Shown here one piece after another: positions 1-6,486 of a DNA stretch of 13,553 bases; the first letter of the stretch is position 1; every line of letters starts with the position of its first letter. The translations under genes and the position numbers were made by a program. Below the pieces are notes generated by a model, which saw nothing but the letters and a program-made list of their open reading frames with translations, was not told where the DNA came from and did not search any database. The stretch comes from Azolla caroliniana (taxonomy: Eukaryota > Plantae > Polypodiophyta), in assembly GCA_043228905.1 (NCBI GenBank), contig JBHGNT010000942.1, positions 1 to 13,553 of the forward strand, written 5' to 3'.

Positions 1-48
1 AAGGTTATTCCATGCCATAGGATCGTCAGGTTGTGCCAGAAGAACTAC
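1..48 (-). pseudogene. Possible TPR-protein fragment (VVLLAQPDDPMAWNNL), runs off the window edge
   Basis: Continues in frame from the Aurora fragment but no longer resembles a kinase. 'PDDPMAWNNL' resembles the TPR junction 'P-D-x-x-x-A-W-N-N-L-G'. Only 16 codons are visible. Confidence 0.35.
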
Positions 49-324
49 TTCGCATGGTGGAGCACCAAAGAGGAATTCATAACAGAGCACTCCTAAGCTC
101 CAGATGTCCTCACACCCTCATATGCTCCACTATCTTCCTTCTCAACTGATGCTCCACCTGTGACTGTTGTAGCTGTTTCTTCAATAGCACCTTCAACGCT
201 ACCACACACTTGCTCTTCTTCTCTCTTGCAGGTAAACATGTCATTATTTCCTTCTGCCCAGGGGCTTTCCAATGTTGAAGTCCCCAAGGATCCATCTCTT
301 CCCATGGATTTCCTTATTCTCCAT
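49..324 (-). pseudogene. Aurora kinase retro-fragment, internally deleted and disabled
   Basis: 324->131 reads MENKEIHGKRWILGDFNIGKPLGRRK**HVY(fs)AREKKSKCVVALKVLLKKQLQQSQVEHQLRRKI, matching plant Aurora '[28 protein letters not shown]...VVALKVLFKSQLQQSQVEHQLRREVE'. 130->49 reads VEH..[20 protein letters not shown], matching subdomain IX '[27 protein letters not shown]'. The HRD/DFG/PPE core between them is missing; stops and frameshifts are present. Confidence 0.9.
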
Positions 325-412
325 TCCAGATCAGCAGAATACATCCGTGAATTGACCATGGCTTCGTTGACACCTCAACTAAAGCACACAGAAGAAGACA
401 CAACCATCTCTC

Positions 413-1104
413 CTCTGCCTCCATGTCCTACAGCATCTGTTGAGCTCGATCAAAGGATTTCAGATGAGAAACGGAGACCCATGGACTATTGCCGCAAGCA
501 GACTTCACGCTCTTGAGCATGGCCTTCGCTTCCTTCCGCCTGCCTTGCTCCATCAGACATATCCCAACGTTGCAGACCTTGTTGTTGTGCTTCTGCCGTT
601 ATAAAGCCCAATTGCTGCATGTATGCACATCCGAGATTTCAACAGAGCGATCTGATCATCCAACCGTCCACACCTCTTATACAAGTCCAATAACACATTA
701 TCCAGGCTTTCTTGAGCATGGTCTGAGCATCCATGGCGGAGCGACTTGATGGCCTCGTTCGCTTCTTCCGGCCTATTCTGCTGCTTCATCTCGATTGCCA
801 TATCTTTCAAGGCGATGTCCACTCTGTCTCCTGCGTTAATGGTGGCCCAAAACAACGCGATGGCTCTGTTGGGGTCCTTGTCAACGAGCTGGACGTGTTT
901 AGCTTTGACATAAGGAGTGTCTCCAATGGGGGCCTTGTGGATGACATGGAAGGAATTAGAGCGAGAAGAGGTGTGCGGCGCTTCGAGAGCAAGGCTTGAG
1001 AGGGGAGCAAGGAGCTGATTTGGAGAGTCGAGGTTGGCCATGGCCATGGCTCTAGCTCTGTAGGCTCTGGTTTTGGGGGATCTGCGAGAACAGGGGAGGC
1101 CCAT
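413..1104 (-). pseudogene. MS5/TDM1(POLLENLESS3)/SDI1-family TPR protein pseudogene, no introns visible, internally deleted
   Basis: 951->589 reads FHVIHKAPIGDTPYVKAKHVQLVDKDPNRAIALFWATINAGDRVDIALKDMAIEMKQQNRPEEANEAIKSLR..CSDHAQESLDNVLLDLYKRCGRLDDQIALLK..GLYNGRS. After a frameshifted junction, 586->413 reads NNKVCNVGICLMEQGRRKEAKAMLKSVK...SHLKSFDRAQQML*DME, with a premature TAG at 430-428. Both blocks match this family. Confidence 0.92.
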
Positions 1105-1119
1105 TCGTGGTGGATGCCA

Positions 1120-1140
1120 TGGTGGTGGTGGTGGTGGTGG
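1120..1140. repeat. (TGG)7 microsatellite
   Basis: Directly visible. It would read as poly-Pro in the MS5-like frame. Confidence 0.95.
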
Positions 1141-1243
1141 TGATGGAGGTGTTTAGATATACAGCCCGATGGTAAGGATGGCGATGGCGATGGTGAGAAG
1201 CACATCAACAAACAGGGAGCAGAGCAGTAACAGAAATAGGGGA

Positions 1244-1261
1244 GAAGAAGAAGAAGAAGAA
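1244..1261. repeat. (GAA)6 microsatellite
   Basis: Directly visible. Reads (TTC)n on the - strand, like a 5' UTR, upstream of the MS5-like fragment. Confidence 0.9.
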
Positions 1262-1426
1262 GCTAATCTACTTCTGCAGTTCGCATCCCTATCTTCCCTA
1301 TGCTTAGAGCTAATCGAGGAAGGGAACTCTTCTCAAACCACTGCTGACATGAAAGTGGTATGTTGTTGCAGTTGCTTCGCTACTTAGATTTGGTTCTTTC
1401 CACCGTCATAGATGTAGAAATACAAG

Positions 1427-1477
1427 TTAGCCATGGCCAAAAGCAACAATGCTCATATGTATCTTCTCCTTCCCCAT
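1427..1477 (-). pseudogene. eEF1A (elongation factor 1-alpha) N-terminal fragment
   Basis: ATG at 1477 gives MGKEKIHMSIVAFGHG*, against the plant eEF1A start MGKEK(I/V/F/T)HI(S/N)IVVIGHV. The mismatching codons (ATG, GCT, TTT, GGC) are each one base from Ile, Val, Ile and Val. The fragment is short. Confidence 0.7.
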
Positions 1478-1628
1478 GAGTGTAGATACCAGTAAATAGT
1501 CAAACAAGGTAGATGAGAATTAGGGATAGCGAGAGACACACACATTCACAATGCAGAGAGAGATAGAGAGAGTGAGGGATTAGTGACGAAGAGGGAAAGT
1601 GAGGATAGACTTCCGCTCAAGGGAGGTC

Positions 1629-1646
1629 GGCCGTTCAGGCGTGCCA
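1629..1646 (-). other. Primer-binding site, tRNA-Arg type (TGGCACGCCTGAACGGCC)
   Basis: Lies 4 nt after the LTR end (...GAGAACA cttt TGGCACGCC). The first 9 nt match the TGGCACGCC(CAGTGGGAC) PBS typical of Tat-lineage Gypsy elements. Confidence 0.7.
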
Positions 1647-1650
1647 AAAG

Positions 1651-1984
1651 TGTTCTCGGGTGAGGGGTGAAGCCTAGAATGGCTCCAGCCCCCTCCCAAG
1701 GGGGTTATGTGAGATAGAGAAAGAAGGACAGTGAAAATAAGAAGTGACACAAGAAATGTGAGGGGAAAAATGTATATCCATTAGATGCCCCATAAGGGGT
1801 TTATATAATACATAATGTATCGGTAAATAATGACTGTTACAAGAGAGACAACCGTTACACTCTTGTCACATGCACATAATTGTGCATGTGCTCACACATA
1901 CTCATCCTCACACACTCATTTACTTTACACATATACATCATTACACATACCCTTATGCCTCCCCATATGTTCTTACGGGTAACA
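1651..1984 (-). mobile_element. 5' LTR (334 bp) of a Tat-like, probably non-autonomous LTR retroelement
   Basis: TGTT...AACA termini, TATATAAACCCC box near 1796-1807, CT-rich tract downstream, PBS immediately after. The outer boundary is sharp: integrase codons of the host element begin at 1986. Confidence 0.75.
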
Positions 1985-2571
1985 CTACGGAGTTTGACAC
2001 CGGGATGAGCTACATCTGACATTCTCACCGGCAATCAACTTCAAATGCATGGTTGACATCGTGGCAATGCCCACTGGGATTGGACAAAAGAAGTACTCGG
2101 TGCTAACTCGGGAGGATCTGATGAACCAAGTAGAAGGTCAAGCGCTATGGCGGAAAACATGTTTTGTAGTATGCCAATTTCTCTTGGAAGAAGTGTTTGT
2201 AGGTATGGGTGTGTAGGACAAGTGATTGCCGATCGGGGAGAACTTGACTCTGATAAAGCTAAGGAATTCTTTGCCAAACACGGAGTACAGTTGACATTAA
2301 CCATGACATAGAATCCAAAAGCCAACGGGAAGATCAAGCGAGAACATAGTCCAATTGTGAAAGCATTGGTAAAAGCGTGTGACGGAAGAGTAAGTCTTTG
2401 GCCGCAGATGCTTCTGTATGCACTATGGGCGGATCCCACGATGAAGTATTCAACAACGGAACTTACCAACTATGCGAGCTAGATGGAAAGGTATTGCGGG
2501 TGCCTATAGCAAGGAAACGGGTAAAGATTTTCAAGAAGCAAAGTGACGTGAAGCCCTACGTAACTTTAGAC
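1985..2571 (+). mobile_element. Ty3/Gypsy integrase remnant (core plus GPF/Y C-terminal region), part 1
   Basis: Reads HRDELHLTFSPAINFKCMVDIVAMPTGIGQKKYSVLTREDLMNQVEGQAL...FLLEEVF(fs)CRYGCVGQVIADRGELDSDKAKEFFAKHGVQLTLTMT*NPKANGKIKREHSPIVKALVKACDGRVSLWPQMLLYALWAD. After a deletion at ~2435 it reads EVFNNGTYQLCELDGKVLRVPIARKRVKIFKKQSDVKPYVTLD. Stops at 1995 and 2309. Confidence 0.9.
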
Positions 2572-3384
2572 CATGGTTGTTTACGTAGCCATATTTAACG
2601 TTTAAATACGTATAATACCTCATAATTTGTATAGTACGTACTATACCTTGATGTTGTTTAGTCAAATATCATGTACATTTGTCCAACACAATATTTAACG
2701 TACATTTGAAAAAACAGGTATAATACGTATTTTTATAAAAAAATTAAGTAAAACCCCAACAAAAGACAAAAGAAAAAAAAGATTTTAGTGTAAAAGAAGC
2801 AAAACGAAGGAAGAAAGAAGAACGGAAGAGAGTACGACAGAGACACGTCCTGACTCTTAGTGTGATAATCATAAAAGATAGAAGAAGAAGAAGAAGAAGA
2901 AGATAAGAAGAGAGAAAAGAAGACAGAAACCTATCCTGAGTGTAATAATCATAGACGATTCCTCAAGCTATGAAGGCATAATCGTAAATAATTACAATTT
3001 GAAGTAGAACATTGGGATGCACACTTACACTAATTTATAGAATAAGTGAATGTCGACATCTATATTATAAGTATTTTAGGATGTGAAATGTTCAAATGTC
3101 TTATATGCATTTTAGGATGTAGAACTATAATGTACATCACAAAATTGTGTAAACATAGATGCTTTTTACAATATTACAAATATTTTTTACAAAGGTAAAT
3201 AATTTTCAAATTCTAAAAGTATTTAACGTACTATACGTAAAATAAGTAAAATACGTATTTTATAGGTATTTAACATATTGAAAAATGTATTTAACATATT
3301 TTTTAATTGGGAGGTACTATACGCGTATTAATACGTTATATACATATGGTATTCGTACCGTATCTAACGTACGTAACAACCTTG
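2572..3384. mobile_element. Non-autonomous hAT-superfamily DNA transposon (813 bp)
   Basis: Exact 8-bp TSD CTTTAGAC at 2564-2571 and 3385-3392. Imperfect TIRs: CATGGTTGTTTACGTA versus reverse complement CAAGGTTGT-TACGTA. AT-rich and non-coding, with repeated subterminal TATTTAAC and TACGTA motifs. Removing it restores the integrase frame. Confidence 0.9.
2881..2901. repeat. (GAA)7 microsatellite within a purine-rich tract of the hAT element
   Basis: Directly visible. Confidence 0.9.
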
Positions 3385-3515
3385 CTTTAGACAACACCGA
3401 CACAAAGGAACAAGTGGACATGGATCATAGAGATGTAGGAAGTGAAGAAAGCGGGCTGGAATTAACAATCAATATAGTGGGAGAAACGGAGGGTAGTATG
3501 GATGAAGGAGAATAA
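3385..3515 (+). mobile_element. Gypsy integrase acidic C-terminal tail, part 2
   Basis: After removing the hAT element and one TSD, the frame reads PYVTLD-NTDTKEQVDMDHRDVGSEESGLELTINIVGETEGSMDEGE* (TAA ending at 3515). Confidence 0.8.
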
Positions 3516-3559
3516 CGAGCATCGGTAACTTCAACACATACTGGAGGATGTGCAGGTTT

Positions 3560-3670
3560 AGAGGGGTGAGTGTCATAGCATACTTCGTACACATTGTGAA
3601 AAACGTACGGAGTACCCGAATGAATAGGTATGAAGAAATAGAAGAAAATGATAAACGAAAATATATTAGA
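3560..3670 (+). mobile_element. Polypurine tract (3560-3570) and truncated start of the Gypsy 3' LTR (TGTCATAGC from 3571)
   Basis: AGAGGGGTGAG is followed directly by TGT, about 55 nt after the pol stop. The right boundary is approximate. Confidence 0.6.
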
Positions 3671-3770
3671 TGCACTAGGTAATTTTCAAACCCTATACCT
3701 CTATATTGCCAACTTTGCATTGCCAACTTCCCCTTCTTCTACATTTTTCCCGCTTGAGCTCGCTTGGCCT

Positions 3771-3782
3771 ACTTTGATACCA
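3771..3782 (-). other. Primer-binding site, tRNA-iMet type (TGGTATCAAAGT)
   Basis: 10/12 match to TGGTATCAGAGC, 2 nt after ...CATAACA. Confidence 0.7.
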
Positions 3783-3784
3783 AC

Positions 3785-5288
3785 TGTTATGTCCCAAAAA
3801 TATGGTTAGATTTATTACATACAAGAACAAATGAATGGAAACCAAACCTGGGACAAAAATGCTCTTATATTATTTATAAGGAGTTCCAATTTTGGGACAA
3901 AACCAAAATGTGATCTAGGACAAGTCGGGACAACTCTAATATGATCTACGGAAGAGAGCACCACACACCAACTTGTGCAAATGAGCAAATCCAAGAATGA
4001 GGATGACCCTTTCACGCCCTCTCCTTATACAGGGCCATAGATGGCCATTGGGACTAGCTGTTGGGACTCTTGAGTTGGAATAAACCATGGTCACACGCCT
4101 CTTGAGACTAGGATTGGGCTCTCTAGTGAGTCCCAATTAGTTTTGGGATTGTGTCCTAGTTGGGACAATTTGAGGACACCACAAAAGGAGTATATCCAAT
4201 TGAAGCATGTTTAGAGTTGTTATAGATAAACTCTAATAAAGGACGATTTGTTTCTCATTTTGGGGGCTCCTTAACCTAATAGGCTCAAAGCATATCCTTA
4301 ATAATTTGATTAACTCATTCAATTCGACTATGAAACTAAGGATAATCTGAGGAACGCACTCTCAAAGTAGTTTCTAGCTTTTTAATGACTTGGGTCTAAA
4401 AATAGCTAGTACACTTAGAATCTCTATCACTAACTATATCCATTGGTAAACCCTAAAATTGCAATAAGTTGTAAACATTAGTAAGCCAATTCTTGAGTTC
4501 TTATTGTGGCTTTAGTTGGTATAAATCTAACTAATTTTGTTTGATGATCGACATAACCAATATTTAGTTGTGATGTCTTTGTGTTCAAGGCAAGCTAATA
4601 GTAAAATTCGTAGACATAGTTTCCCATTTATTATTAGGAATATCTAAGGGATTTAAAAGGACGTCAACTTTATGCCACTCAACCTTATTGATCACCTAAC
4701 ATTGTAGACATTTGATTGCATAAATTTACATGTCCTGATATAATTAAGGCTAGAAAAAAATGATAGAGGTTTAAATGAGTTTTGATATATTCTAGGGTAC
4801 CCAGCTAAGGATATATCATGACACTCAAAAAGAATTTTCTTCTTTACTTGAGAGAGATTTGGACATAAACCTTCCCATTACGGTAGAGCAAACTGTTAGA
4901 AATGTGAAATGTCAATTTTGAGGGCGTGGTGATTTGGCATCCATGATGAAGGGGATAAGTAGTGCCCTTTACATAGCTTAACACCCAAGGCTCCTAGACC
5001 ACCACGTGTTCCCACATGGTATAGGTCGATATGCATTTGTCCAAGTTTGTAGGATAACCAATTTCCCATTAATATAGCCCAACACCTTAGGCTCCCAAAC
5101 CACCACATGTTCCCATGTGTCATAGGTCTTGATGGGTTTGTCCCAAGTCCTAGGATATCTTGTTTCCCAATCCTACCCATAGACCATTAAATTCAGCTAT
5201 AAAATCTCTCCTTAAGGTTACGCCTAAAACTATTAGACATGGATTTGCAACACTTTTGCAATTGTGACGTATGTCATATGATGTAACA
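3785..5288 (-). mobile_element. Probable large 5' LTR (~1.5 kb) of a truncated LTR retrotransposon
   Basis: The 3' end (TAACA) is supported by the adjacent PBS. The 5' end is placed tentatively at TGTTAC (5288) from the inverted terminus TGTTA...TAACA. Non-coding and rich in GGGACAA motifs. Confidence 0.5.
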
Positions 5289-6171
5289 TTCATAATGTGA
5301 GGGAAACAAGGTAGGACTAAGTTTGAGGTGCAAACAAATAATAAAGATGGTAACATATCTTTGACTTTAAGCAAGGACTTGTATTGCTAATAGGGAAACA
5401 CAAACAATCTCAGAACCAAAATGTATTGTGGGAATGAGGCAAGGAGCTAAAATGTTTTCTTCACTATATCTAATGTGCACAATACACCTTGGTTATATCT
5501 AAATTGATGTGGACTCTCAGTCAACCATTGGTATAATCTGGCAGTGCATTAAAGGAAACTATTGATTCTAAATCACTATAATTGATCCCTCGATATATGG
5601 TTTCACAGGTATCTTGTAGTGAGGAACTCCTCCATTTCATTAAACAATGCTTCTAGCCAAGAGAATTTTGAAACCATTGTGTGTTTTCTTCAACAGCAAT
5701 AAGTTTCATTTGCATAAATCTATACTTATGGCTCCTATATTAATCAGTAAATTTGCATCAATAGAGATGTGGAACGTCTTCAACAAACTTGGCCATCAAC
5801 TTGACCTGAAAGGATAAGCTTTAAGTCCATGAAGGTTTTTCCATCTAAAAGCTGTTGTATGTGGCATTGCATTAATGTTCATGGCTATATCAACTCAGTA
5901 ACAAAATCAGTAGAGGGCACCTAGAGACTTAGTTTAGTTCTTTTGCATTGATGGTTGTTTAATCCTCTTGAAGAGCCAATAATTTGAAGGATTAATATGA
6001 ATGCTATCATTGAGTCACCACCACAAACATACATTTTGTTGGGGTTTATAGGACCTTGTCATGTTGCACCATTGTGAGTTTAACATTTGTGTAAACATTC
6101 AATTAAAGAGAGAAATTGAGAAGATGGGGAGCCACTGGCTCAATGGCCATAAAAGTACAGTTTTTGGATGA

Positions 6172-6486
6172 TTAATGATCGTTCTGTAGCCTTTCAAAGT
6201 CAAAAAGCTCAAACATTATTCGTCGAACATCAGCTTTTCCATAAACAGTGTAAGCGAGCCCATGCAATGCCAATGAAACAGCAGTCGTCGCCAAATTCTT
6301 TAATTTTCTCGCCTTTTCAAAAAGACCCTTTCGTTCCTCCGAGAACAAGATAAATTTTTGAAGGCTCTTCTCCCGGAAGTACCTCCCACAGACTCGGTTA
6401 AAGAGAAGCCTCCGATGCTTTTCCTTCAAGAAAAAGCCGGGCGCATCCAGGTGTTTCATGAGCAACTTCTCTGCCATCACAACATC
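6172..6486 (-). CDS. RNC1: RNC1-like exon 5
   Basis: Acceptor TTGCAG|; reads DVVMAEKLLMKHLDAPG...FELFDFERLQNDH*. Confidence 0.93.
   Translation of the reverse strand, partial: DVVMAEKLLMKHLDAPGFFLKEKHRRLLFNRVCGRYFREKSLQKFILFSEERKGLFEKARKLKNLATTAVSLALHGLAYTVYGKADVRRIMFELFDFERLQNDH

Larger units (their letters stand above)
1..1984 (-). mobile_element. LTR retroelement carrying captured host gene fragments (3' end outside the window)
   Basis: LTR plus PBS followed by co-oriented eEF1A, MS5-like, Aurora and possibly TPR fragments. No gag/pol is recognisable. The 3' LTR is not visible. Confidence 0.65.

Noticed and set aside
553-1104. 183-aa ORF as a functional gene
   Set aside because: It ends only because of a frameshifting internal deletion. 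Downstream homology continues in another frame with a premature stop.
807-1211. 134-aa ORF with a His9 run
   Set aside because: Alternative frame over the (TGG)n microsatellite and the MS5-like pseudogene; no recognisable homology.
1481-1492. TGGTATCTAC on the - strand as an iMet PBS
   Set aside because: Only 7 nt match and there is no preceding CA terminus. The Arg-type PBS at 1646 adjoins a proper LTR end.
1985-2040. Extending the LTR to TGTCAG at 2021 with GGTGAGAA as a PPT
   Set aside because: These bases translate as integrase (HRDELHLTFSPAINFK) on the + strand, so the LTR starts at 1984.
2041-2469. 142-aa - strand ORF
   Set aside because: Antisense shadow of the integrase.
5289-6110. 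Possible degenerate coding or TE sequence downstream of RNC1-like
   Set aside because: No motif, terminus or repeat that I could recognise in the parts I translated; left unannotated.
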